DNA from: Acaryochloris marina S15 | Lineage (GTDB): Bacteria; Cyanobacteriota; Cyanobacteriia; Thermosynechococcales; Thermosynechococcaceae | Reading direction: 5' to 3' | DNA length: 32,000 nucleotides | NCBI RefSeq assembly: GCF_018336915.1 | Contig: NZ_CP064923.1 | Location: 1,170,001-1,202,000, forward strand | Shown here: positions 1 to 9,055 of the stretch, piece by piece | Position numbering within the stretch: the stretch's first letter is position 1 | Layout of the letters: each line of letters starts with the position of its first letter | The notes under the pieces: generated by a model | The model's input: only the letters and a program-made list of their open reading frames with translations | Told to the model about the DNA's origin: nothing | Database searches by the model: none | Program-made: the position numbers and the translations under genes

Positions 1-435
1 ATGATCTCGGCCTTGGAAGCCAAGAACGGGATCGAGATGGTAGTGGTGACTGTGCCGGAGGTACATCCTTTGGGGGCCACCGAAGAGTTGGCTCAGGCGC
101 TTTTCACCACTTGGAAATTGGGTAAGAGAGGGCAAAATAACGGCGTTATGTTATTGGCCTCTAAAAAGGAAGGTCGTGTAGCCATAGAAAAGGGATCTGG
201 TTTACGGTCTGACCTGACTTATGAACAGGTAGATAACATTATTCAGACTCAGATCACTCCTCAGTTAGAGCGAGATAATTTTGATGCCGGTGTTGTCAAT
301 GGTGCTCAGGCCATGATCCAAATTCTTGAGAATAAAAGCGAAGACTCGATTTCTTTTTTCCAGATCGTGCTGCTGATGTTAGGGGCTGTAATTTGGGCCT
401 ATATCGCTAAAACCCTATGGAAAGTCTTTAGGTAA
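1..435 (+). CDS. TPM domain-containing protein (TLP18.3/Psb32/YgcG-like), 5'-truncated by window edge, single C-terminal TM helix
   Basis: Aligns with the TPM domains of the two downstream paralogs (IEMVVVTVPE, GVMLLASK..GRVAIEKGSGL, VDNIIQTQITPQLERDNFDAGVVNGAQAMIQILENK). The ATG at position 1 corresponds to residue ~70 of the paralogs, so the N-terminus lies outside the window. C-terminal hydrophobic helix FFQIVLLMLGAVIWAYIA. Confidence 0.8.
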   Translation: MISALEAKNGIEMVVVTVPEVHPLGATEELAQALFTTWKLGKRGQNNGVMLLASKKEGRVAIEKGSGLRSDLTYEQVDNIIQTQITPQLERDNFDAGVVNGAQAMIQILENKSEDSISFFQIVLLMLGAVIWAYIAKTLWKVFR

Positions 436-644
436 TCCCTTGAATAGCCACCTTGATACAAAAATTCTGTCCAGTTGTATTGGAAGTTGGGGCGGTGCGA
501 ACAACGGAAGGTTTTGAAGAGAGGCTAGAGATGTTGGGTAAGGGTGAGTAGATGTTCAGAATGACGGGGCTCGTTTGGGGAGTGATAGGAATATCCAGAC
601 ATAACTGTTTAAAGGTCTGATCAAGACTCTATTTTGAGAGAAAT

Positions 645-2318
645 ATGCTGCTCAATCGTATAAAACGTCGTAGACATCAACTGCTGATATCCCTTTTTAC
701 TCTGGTATGCGGCCTGCTACTATTTTTATCCTCACTGGCCCCAAGTCGGGCCATTCCCGTATCTGAAGTCCCTAATCCTCGCCAGAACAATAATTGGGTG
801 ACGGATATGGCCGATTTGCTTAGTCCTGACAGCGAGACCAAGCTAAATCAGATGATTACGGCATTGGAAGAGACCAATGGTGCTGAAATTGCAGTGGTGA
901 CGGTTCCCGATACTAAACCTTCCGCATCCCCCAAAGCGTTTGCGACAGAGCTATTTAACACTTGGGGGATTGGGGAAAAAGGCGTAGACAACGGTATCTT
1001 ATTTCTGGTCTCGAAGTATGAACGTCGTACAGAAATCGAGACAGGGTAAGGCCTAGAATCCATTCTTCCTGATGCGAAGGTGGGCAATATTCTCCGTACC
1101 CAGGTCACCCCTCACTTTAAGCAAGGCAATTTTGATGCAGGTATCGTTAATGGAACTCAGGCGATTATCCAGGTTCTAGAAGGTGGAACGATTGCATCTC
1201 AAGCGCCCTTGCCAGAAGAGAGCTTGCAACCATCAACATCGCTAACAAAGAGAGGGAAACCAGTATTTTGGTTAGGCTATTTGGCTGTTATTACAGTTGT
1301 GGTCGTTACTGTGATGGGGATATTGAAATATGTGAATCAAAGAAAGACGCAAGTCTATCGGATTTCTCCTAGGGGGCGTACCACTTTGGCCTCTCATATA
1401 TGGGTGTCTCTCTGGATTAAAAATCTTCGGAAATTATCCTTAGACGACTGTAGACAACGCCCCATCCAGCATGGTGTTGCCCTGAATTCAATCACGGTAT
1501 TTAAAACTTGGTGGGCTTGCTATGGCGTATCAGCTGGACTGCTGCTAATGGCTGATTCCATGGATTTCGAAGTAGTTTGGTGGCTCATCTTCGCACTCTT
1601 TATAATGTATGAGCTGTGGTGCTGTTTTAGGCGTGATGTAAGCAGCACAAAAGCTAGCTATGACTTATTCATGTTGAATGTGTTTATTTTCCTATTTATA
1701 GGTGGGGGCTTCTTTTTTATAGGCTTAATCAATCCTTCTATTCCTAGAGTTCTTATGCTACCGTTCCTAAGCTTTTTCCCCTGTGTACTCCGGGGCATGA
1801 GATTGCTGCCTCCAAGTGGCACGGTGTTCATCAATGCGTGGCTTTTGATGATGATAGGTGGGATTCTCTTTATTTATCCTTTTCTTTCTATCTTGCTGAT
1901 ACTGCCGTTTCTATATGCTTGTGCGGGTGCACTACGGTCAATGAGATTGTTATCCCAAAAGAAGACGATATGCCAGTGTCAGTCTTGTGGTGATGCGATG
2001 CAATGGATTGATGAAGACTGTCTTCGACACAATCTGGAAGCATCCTTGTTTTCGAACCGATTCGAATGCCATGAAGGCTGGCAATGTCTCACCTGTGGTC
2101 CATCAACTGTGCATATGTTTTCAGAACATTTCCCATTGATCACTCACCGGTATAGCGATAAATGGAGCAAGATCGGTTATCGTTCATCTCACTCTCATAG
2201 TAGCAGTAGCTACAGCAGTGGCAGTAGCTATAGCAGCAGCGACTATGGTGGTAGTAGCAGAGGGAGTGACTTTGGTGGGGGCAGCAGTGGTGGCGGAGGA
2301 GCTGGAGAGAGCTGGTAA
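645..2318 (+). pseudogene. TPM domain / polytopic membrane / Cys-rich zinc-ribbon protein with Ser/Gly tail; interrupted by in-frame TAA at 1047-1049
   Basis: ORFs 645-1049 and 1080-2318 share one frame. The TAA aligns to E/S in the paralogs (EIETG*GLESILPDAKV vs EIQRGEGVQLILPDARV). Contains an N-terminal signal/anchor, a TPM domain, several hydrophobic segments, CQCQSC...CLTC, and a tail ending GGGSSGGGGAGESW like YgcG-type TPM proteins. Confidence 0.75.
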
Positions 2319-2538
2319 CTGTCCTCTTCTGAATCGGTTTCGACTTTTGAAGTTCACGTTAGCATTCTCTGCTGTTTGCACTGACTACACATTCCCTATC
2401 ACTTTTGGGGATGAATTGTGGTGGGTTATGGCGCAAAAGGATAACTGTTCATCCTGCCAAGTGTCCTTTTGGGAACACTAGATATCTCTAGTGATGACTG
2501 CACCAAAGCCTTAGTCCAAACCTAAGCTGAATCTAAAT

Positions 2539-4191
2539 ATGTTTCTCACCAGACTAAAAAAGCGAGAAAGTTCGCTGCTGACATTCATCTTGGCGTTGAG
2601 TTTCAGCCTATTTCTTTCGATATCTTCCCTAACACCGAGTCGGGCCATTCCCGTATCTGAAGTACCTAATCCACGCCAGGACAACCATTGGGTTATGGAT
2701 AGTGCGGATATCCTCAGTCAGGAGAGTGAAGCAAAGCTGAACCAAATCATTGTTGCCAAGGCCAAGCACAGCTTTGAAGTGATAGTGGTAACAGTGCCGG
2801 ATATAAAGCCCTCAGCTTCGTTAGAGGAGTTTGCAGCATCGCTTTTTGAAACGTGGGAAATTGGTAAGCATAGGTTCAACAACGGCATTTTATTGCTGAT
2901 ATCTAAGGATGATCTTCGTGCAGAAATCCAAAGAGGAGAAGGGGTACAGCTCATCCTCCCTGATGCAAGGGTGGACAACATTATTCAGACCCAGATCAAT
3001 CCCTACTTAGAGCAGCGTGAATTTGATGAGGGTATTGTCAATGGCACCCAGACAGTGCTTCAGATTCTTGAAAACGAAATCCAAAAATATCGGCAAGAAA
3101 GGACATTAGAGGACTACGGAACACCCCTGTCGTACCTACCCGATCCTTTCATGCTGGAGATGGAGATAGCGATACGGGATATGGCTTGGTTCTTGATCAC
3201 TTCAGTTCTGTCGAGTATTGCTATTGCTGTATTGGTCATGACTCCAGCGGTTGTGTTGATGAGTCTATTCCGTAAAAGTCAAGTTCTGCAGCTGTCTCCA
3301 GTGGGTCGGACAACCTTATTCAAGCAAGGTAGTAGATTGCGACTGATGTGGGGATCGATAACGTATTGGTTACTTACAGGCTATGCATCAGTTTATCCAG
3401 AACAACCGACCTCCATCTACAAGGGAATGCACTTTACTAACCCACTCATTCAAAGTTGGTGGATTCTCTTTGGTCTATATTCAGCGGTAGGGGTGACGTG
3501 GTCTTTTGTCCATCCAGTCCAAATGAATCAATTCCAAGGATTTTTGCTGTGCTGGCTTGGGGTTTGGTTGGGGTATGAACTTTGGTACTGCGTGAAACAC
3601 AAAGACCCCAGGGGAAGCGAAGCTATGCTTCTTTTTCGTGGGCTGTTCCGCAGTAGTTTGGTCGCTTTTACTTTAGTGCTGATTGTGGCACGGGTCTTCA
3701 AAGTTCCTGGTTTCGAGACTGCATTAATCTTCTACCTCATCACTGCTTTTAGTGGTGCTTGGGCAGGGATGTTACTCCTGTTGCGATCGCTGACTCGTTA
3801 CACGGAGGTACGGTGCCAGTCCTGTCATGGTTTGATGCAATGTCTAGATTCTAAAACCGTAGATAGCTATCTAAAACCAGCAGAAACAGCAGCCAAAATG
3901 CTTAAAAGTACTCGCTATGTGGGTTGGGAATGTCCAACGTGTAGCTTTGTTCACCCAGAGAGCGACTTCAACATTCGTCTATTTCACGAAGTTGTGAAAT
4001 CCGAAAAGTTTGGACATTGTAGTGAATGTGAGGCCTATGTTGTGCGTCAAACGATTCAGGTTCTTCGACGTCCAAGATGGTTCACTGATGGGGAAACGCT
4101 AATTACAAGTCGATGTGTTTGCTGCGATCAGACCTCTGAATCTCACACGAATACTCCCTCCGAGTTCTATCAATTAATGAATCGGTATTAG
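2539..4191 (+). CDS. TPM domain / ~5-TM membrane region / double Cys4 zinc-ribbon protein (intact paralog of 645-2318)
   Basis: ATG start. Signal/anchor SLFLSISSLTPSRA then AIPVSEVPNPRQDNHWVMDSADILS. TPM domain to ~aa 180. Hydrophobic helices at ~aa 215-243, 305-324, 333-351, 372-386 and 395-416. CQSC..CPTC and CSEC..CVCC at aa 426-529. Confidence 0.8.
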   Translation: MFLTRLKKRESSLLTFILALSFSLFLSISSLTPSRAIPVSEVPNPRQDNHWVMDSADILSQESEAKLNQIIVAKAKHSFEVIVVTVPDIKPSASLEEFAASLFETWEIGKHRFNNGILLLISKDDLRAEIQRGEGVQLILPDARVDNIIQTQINPYLEQREFDEGIVNGTQTVLQILENEIQKYRQERTLEDYGTPLSYLPDPFMLEMEIAIRDMAWFLITSVLSSIAIAVLVMTPAVVLMSLFRKSQVLQLSPVGRTTLFKQGSRLRLMWGSITYWLLTGYASVYPEQPTSIYKGMHFTNPLIQSWWILFGLYSAVGVTWSFVHPVQMNQFQGFLLCWLGVWLGYELWYCVKHKDPRGSEAMLLFRGLFRSSLVAFTLVLIVARVFKVPGFETALIFYLITAFSGAWAGMLLLLRSLTRYTEVRCQSCHGLMQCLDSKTVDSYLKPAETAAKMLKSTRYVGWECPTCSFVHPESDFNIRLFHEVVKSEKFGHCSECEAYVVRQTIQVLRRPRWFTDGETLITSRCVCCDQTSESHTNTPSEFYQLMNRY

Positions 4192-4238
4192 TTCGTAGCT
4201 ATCTTTTGTCTAGATTTTTCTGAAAAGCCTTACCTTGA

Positions 4239-5016
4239 GTGCTTATGAATTCCAATAACATCATTCCTGAAGACTGGGTGCCGATTGTTTTAGAAAAAGT
4301 AGGCCAACTGTATCTCCAAGAAACGGAGGCAGATGGTTTTTCTCTCGAACAACTGATGGGTGCGGGTTCTGAGGCCCAAATCCCGCCAGAGCTGATTCAG
4401 CAGGCTTACCAACAGCTTCAGCAAGAGCAAGCAGAAGCCAAGCAACGTCAGGCCACTCGGCGGCAACAACTGAAGTTGGGAGGTGCGATCGCAACTACCG
4501 TAACCCTACTCGGAACACTGTGGTTCGGAGGGACCTACAACCATCTCAACGCTGCTAAGTCCACGGTTGAGGGCAAATGGGCACAGGTCGAAAACCAACT
4601 CCAGCGCCGTGCCGACCTTATTCCTCAACTCACCCAGATGGCCCAGTCCTACGCCAGCACTGAGAAGGAAATGATACAGGAGCTGACCCGCGCCCGGGCT
4701 TTCCCAGGCAGAGACGATGGCGCAGCAACAAGCGGCAAATGGGGCGATGCAGGATGCGATAGTCTCCGACCGGCCTGCGGCCATCGCAAACTTCCAAACC
4801 ATCGCCACTCGCAATCCCTCTCTCCAGTCCAGCGAATTATTTATCAACCTCCAGTACGAAATTGCTGGGACTGAAAATCGCATCGCCACCGAACGTATGC
4901 GCTACAACCAAGCCGTCCAAGCCCACAACCAGTCATTGCAAGCATTTCCCACCATACTCGTGGCCAAGAATATGGATTTCAAACCCCATTCTTATTTCCA
5001 ACGCCATGCTCAGTAA
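4239..5016 (+). pseudogene. lemA: LemA family protein, disrupted by a 1-nt frame shift near 4693-4700
   Basis: Frame 0 (4239-) gives a TM helix plus the LemA core KWAQVENQLQRRADLIPQLTQMAQSYASTEKEMIQELTRARA. The rest of LemA (GLSQAETMAQQQAANGAMQDAI...NPSLQSSELFINLQYEIAGTENRIATERMRYNQAVQAHNQSLQAFPTILVAKNMDFKPHSYF) is in the +1 frame, ending at 5016. The 4239 codon is GTG; ATG at 4245 is an alternative start. Confidence 0.8.
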
Positions 5017-5088
5017 GCATCCAAAAGGCGATGACATCAGTACTGAATTAGATCATGGGAAATGGCCGTTTCGATGGCATTGATGGGG

Positions 5089-6564
5089 TCAAATATCACA
5101 ACTACTAGGCAAAGAAAAGAAAAAGGTTGACCCTTGACCTTCTTGTGAGTCCACCCAAATTTGCCCCCCATGTCGTTCAATAATTTTCTTGCAAATAGCC
5201 AAACCAATCCCTGTGCCCGTGTACGTATTTCGATTGTGTAAACGCTGGAAAATTACAAAAATCCGTTCAGAAAATTGAGGATCAATGCCAATTCCATTGT
5301 CTTTAATGGCGATTGTCCAAGTCCCATGTGCTTGAGTGATGCCAATATGAATTTTAGGAACCTCAGCTTGGCAATATTTAATAGCGTTAGAAAGCAGGTT
5401 CTGAAAGAGCTGTTGTATTTGTATGGGATTCGCCAAAACAGTAGGCAAAGGATCCATTGAAATAATCACACCTCTGGCCTCTATCAGCGTTTCTAAATCC
5501 GATGTCACTTGCTGTAAGAGAATCTCAAGATTGGTTTCCTGGACATTAAACTCAGCTTGACTGATCCGAGAATAGCTCAATAGATCATCAATTAACCCTT
5601 GCAAGCGGATGGCCCCATTGGTGATGTAGCTGATATATCGATCGGCTACATCATCCAATTGATCTTGATATCGTTCGGAGAGTAATTCAGCAAAACTCCT
5701 AATCTTGCGCAATGGCTCTTGTAAGTCGTGGGAGGCGACATAGGCAAATTGTCCCAGTTCTTGATTCGAAAAAAGGAGATCAGCATTTAACTGCTTCAGT
5801 TGCTGTTCCGTCTGTTTGCGCTGAGTGATATCGCGGCAAACAGAAACTATCGTCCCATCCTCTGTGAGGGTCAAAGAAATTTCTTGAGCAAAGGTAGACC
5901 CATCTTTTCGAATGGCTATCGCCTCTCCTCGCCATGACTGTTCCTGGGCTAATAAGGGAAATATCTCGTTCTCAAGCCGCTTTACGTCTTCAGCAATATA
6001 TAAAGAGTGCCAGGATTTACCCACTAGTTCAGTCGAATCTTCATAGCCAAATAGCTCAAGGTAAGCATGATTCAGATAGAGATAGGTGCCCGCTTTCACA
6101 ATTGCAATGCCATCAATGACGGCTTCTATTGCAGCCTGTTGTTGCTTTAAAATAACCTCAGCATCGCGATGCTCCTGACGAACTTTGGCATCTCGAACTT
6201 CACGCCGAATGGCCTCAGCCAATCGGGTCAGATTATCCTTCATGAAGTAATCGTGGGCCCCCGCTTTCATCATTTCTACGGCTGCCGCTTCACCGATAGC
6301 TCCCGAAATAACAATAAAAGGAATATCAAGATCAGATTTTTGAACCATTTCCAGGGCTGCAGGCGCATCAAAGCCTGGCAAATGATAATCTGCAATGATC
6401 ACATCCCAAGTCTGATCCTTTAGCAGAGCACAAAAAGACTCAACCGTTTGCACTCGTTGCCAATCGAGACGAAGATGACTGGATTTTAAGGCGCGAATGG
6501 CTAAGAGCGCATCATCTTCTGAATCTTCAATGAGAAGAACCTGGAGAGACTCACCCACCGTCAT
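5089..6564 (-). CDS. Hybrid sensor: receiver (REC) / PAS / HisKA / HATPase_c histidine kinase
   Basis: N-terminal REC (VLLIEDSEDDALL...DVIIADYHLPGFD...MKAGAHDYFMK), a PAS domain, H-box FAYVASHDLQEPL, and N/G boxes (LLSNAIKY, DNGIGI, GTGIGLAICKKI). Confidence 0.9.
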   Translation of the reverse strand: MTVGESLQVLLIEDSEDDALLAIRALKSSHLRLDWQRVQTVESFCALLKDQTWDVIIADYHLPGFDAPAALEMVQKSDLDIPFIVISGAIGEAAAVEMMKAGAHDYFMKDNLTRLAEAIRREVRDAKVRQEHRDAEVILKQQQAAIEAVIDGIAIVKAGTYLYLNHAYLELFGYEDSTELVGKSWHSLYIAEDVKRLENEIFPLLAQEQSWRGEAIAIRKDGSTFAQEISLTLTEDGTIVSVCRDITQRKQTEQQLKQLNADLLFSNQELGQFAYVASHDLQEPLRKIRSFAELLSERYQDQLDDVADRYISYITNGAIRLQGLIDDLLSYSRISQAEFNVQETNLEILLQQVTSDLETLIEARGVIISMDPLPTVLANPIQIQQLFQNLLSNAIKYCQAEVPKIHIGITQAHGTWTIAIKDNGIGIDPQFSERIFVIFQRLHNRNTYTGTGIGLAICKKIIERHGGQIWVDSQEGQGSTFFFSLPSSCDI

Positions 6565-6983
6565 AAATCCTTCGGTAACGTCTCATTGATTAGCAACCAA
6601 TACAACCCTAACTGGGATACAGCATCGGTAAATTGCTCAAAGTCCACAGGCTTGCGCACATAGCTATTGGCCTTGAGTTGATAGCTTTCAATAATGTCCC
6701 GTTGTTCGCTAGAAGAGGTAAGAATTACCACAGGTAAAAGTTCCATACGCTGGTCGGAACGAATGCGTTGCAATACCTCTAACCCATCAATTTTGGGTAA
6801 CTTTAAATCCAGCAATATTAGACTTGGCAGCGGATCCGCCGCAAAGAGGACCTCCAAAGCTTCTGCGCCATCTCGGGCAATGATAATTGGATTGGTTACC
6901 TTGCTCCGTTTCAAAGCCCGTAGCGTAAGCTGCTCGTCATCTGGATTATCCTCCACTAACAAGATGGGACGAGGTAGGACCAT
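6561..6983 (-). CDS. Single-domain CheY/Rcp1-like response regulator
   Basis: Start chosen at ATG 6983 (MVLPRPILLVEDNPDDEQL...). The upstream 66 codons of the listed ORF overlap the kinase gene and show no REC similarity. Has the D-D-K receiver pattern (LLDLKLP, SYVRKP). Its stop overlaps the downstream start as ATGA. Confidence 0.85.
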   Translation of the reverse strand: MVLPRPILLVEDNPDDEQLTLRALKRSKVTNPIIIARDGAEALEVLFAADPLPSLILLDLKLPKIDGLEVLQRIRSDQRMELLPVVILTSSSEQRDIIESYQLKANSYVRKPVDFEQFTDAVSQLGLYWLLINETLPKDL

Positions 6984-9041
6984 GATCTTTATTCCTATAG
7001 TGAGAATGTGAACTGGGAACGGTGAAGTAAAAAGTAGCACCTTGCTCTGGAGCGGCTTCTGCCCAAACGGTTCCGCCATGACGATGAACAGCCCGTTGCA
7101 CCGAGGCGAGTCCAATCCCAGTTCCTGGGAATTCATGGGTACTATGTAACCGCTGGAAAACACCAAAAAGCTTCTGAGCATAAGTCATATCAAATCCTGC
7201 TCCATCATCTCGGACAAAGTAGGTCAGTTCACCCTTGTGATTACCCAAGCCAAACTCAATATGAGCAGTGGCATGGTGATGGGTAAACTTCCAGGCATTC
7301 TGGAGTAGATTTGTGAGGATAACTCGCATCAATGTGGCATCAGCAGAGATAGCCTCATCCGGCATAATCTGAACATTCACTTGCCGTTCTGGTTCTGCTG
7401 CTTGCAGTTGGTCTATTACCTCTTGCGCCAAAGTACTGAGGTTGACAGAAGTATAGTGAATTTGTGAGCGGGAGACCCGTGATAAATCGAGTAAGCCATC
7501 GATCAGTTGACTCATGCGAGTCACATTATTCCGAATGCGATCGAAGTAGTCATTCGCTTCATCATTAAAGAGATCCTCATAATCTTCGAGGAGTGCGCGA
7601 CTAAAACCATCTATGGCTCGGAGGGGGGCTCGTAAGTCGTGAGAAACAGAGTAGGCAAACGCTTCCAATTCTCGGTTAGAAGCTTCTAGTTGGGCTGCAT
7701 ACTGCCTGCTTTGTTCTTCAGCTAGTATGCGATCACTGAGGTCTACATGACAGCCAATCATCCTCAGGGGCTGTCCGACTGCATTCCACTCGATCACTTG
7801 CCCAGAACTAATGATCCATACCGTTGAACCATCTTTATGACGGTATCGACCTTCATGATAGAAAGGCGTTTCACCTCGACTCTGGAAATGGTTGTCCAGA
7901 CACTCCAACATCACCGGCAAGTCTTCTGAAAAGATTAGGCTCTGCCTGCTTTCAGGGGTATTTGGCAATTCGTGATCCTGATAGCCCAGCATTCGTTTAA
8001 ATCCAGGGCTGAGGTATTCATGATGCCTCGGAATATCCCAATCCCAATATCCTGCAAGAACATCATCGAGAATCTGCTCTAATAACGTGAGTTCTTTGCG
8101 AATGTTCTCTGCTTGCAGTCGTTCAGCTTCAGCTTGTTTGCGCTCACTAATATCATGGTGCATCCCAGCCATGCGCAGAGGTTGGCCCTGGGCATCCCAT
8201 TCCACAACCTTTCCCATCGCGGCAATCCATTTCCATTGTCCTGATTTAGCGAGCACTCGGTAATCAAAGACATAGGACACTGAACGATCTTGCAAGTGGG
8301 CTTTGAGCAGATCGATCACCCAAGGCAGATCTTCAGGATGGACCAAGCGCTCCCAAGTTTCATACGAGGCTGGCATTTCTCCATCCTCAAACCCCAACAT
8401 CTGATAAAAGAGTGGGCTCCAATACATATCTCCCGAGAGGATCCGCCAATCCCACCAACCGTCTCCAGAAGCCTCTAATGCGAACTCTAGTTGTTCCTGA
8501 CTCTGCCTGAGGGATTGATTGGTAATTCGTAGTTCTTTAGTCCGTTTTTGAACACGCTGTTCTAACTCTGTATTGACCTGCTGCAACTGGGCTTCCAGCC
8601 GTTTTCGATCGGTAATATCTCGCCAGCTCGAACGGCTATATAAGACATTCCCAGCCTCATCTCGGACGGCTCGGACATTGAGGCTAACGTCTAACTTGCT
8701 GCCATCTTTGCGTTGGAGTTGTAGCTGAGCATCCTGAACCTCCCCTGTGGCGACAAAAGTCTGAAATGCGAATTCTACTTGGGAGTGACAATCTGGATGA
8801 TAAACATCAAATATTGACCGATCTATCAGTTCATTTTTACCTAAATCTAATACATCACATAAGGTTTGATTGCATTGCAAAATCTTACTAGTGTGGGCGT
8901 CTACAGATACATACATATCTGGAGCATTTTCATAAAGATCCTGGTAGCTCGCTTCCGAAATTTTCAATTTTGCGAATGCTTTTTCCAGTTGATTTGTCCG
9001 TTCATGAACGAGTTGCTCTAGGCCAAGATTTAAGTGCTTTA
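6946..9041 (-). pseudogene. C-terminal part of a multi-PAS sensor histidine kinase split by an IS630-family insertion (3 PAS + HisKA + HATPase_c)
   Basis: The reading frame stays open upstream of the listed TTG start (8967) up to the IS end. That stretch encodes a typical inter-PAS coiled coil, LNLGLEQLVHERTNQLEKAFAKL. H-box FAYSVSHDLRAPL; ATP-binding boxes LLQNAWKF, DDGAGFD, GTGIGLASVQRAV. Confidence 0.8.
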
Positions 9042-9055
9042 TACCAATTTGCGTT

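Noticed and set aside
2184-2481. ORFs 2184-2381 (-) and 2218-2481 (+) rich in Ala/Thr/Val
   Set aside because: They are alternative-frame readings of the Ser/Gly-rich tail codons. This tail includes an imperfect 18-bp tandem, GCAGTAGCTACAGCAGTG / GCAGTAGCTATAGCAGCA, at 2203-2238. They are low-complexity artefacts.
848-2981. Minus-strand ORFs 848-1108 and 2718-2981 opposite the TPM domains
   Set aside because: They lie antisense to well-supported TPM coding sequence, appear in both paralogs because the sense sequence is conserved, and show no recognisable features.
4261-5083. ORFs 4261-4494 (-), 4506-4889 (-) and 4862-5083 (+) around LemA
   Set aside because: They are antisense or off-frame shadows of the LemA gene. 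Only frames 0 and +1 carry LemA-like sequence.
6984-7181. N-terminal 66-codon extension of the response-regulator ORF (start at 7181)
   Set aside because: The extension overlaps the kinase HATPase region in another frame and has no receiver similarity. ATG 6983 gives a canonical ~140-aa receiver.
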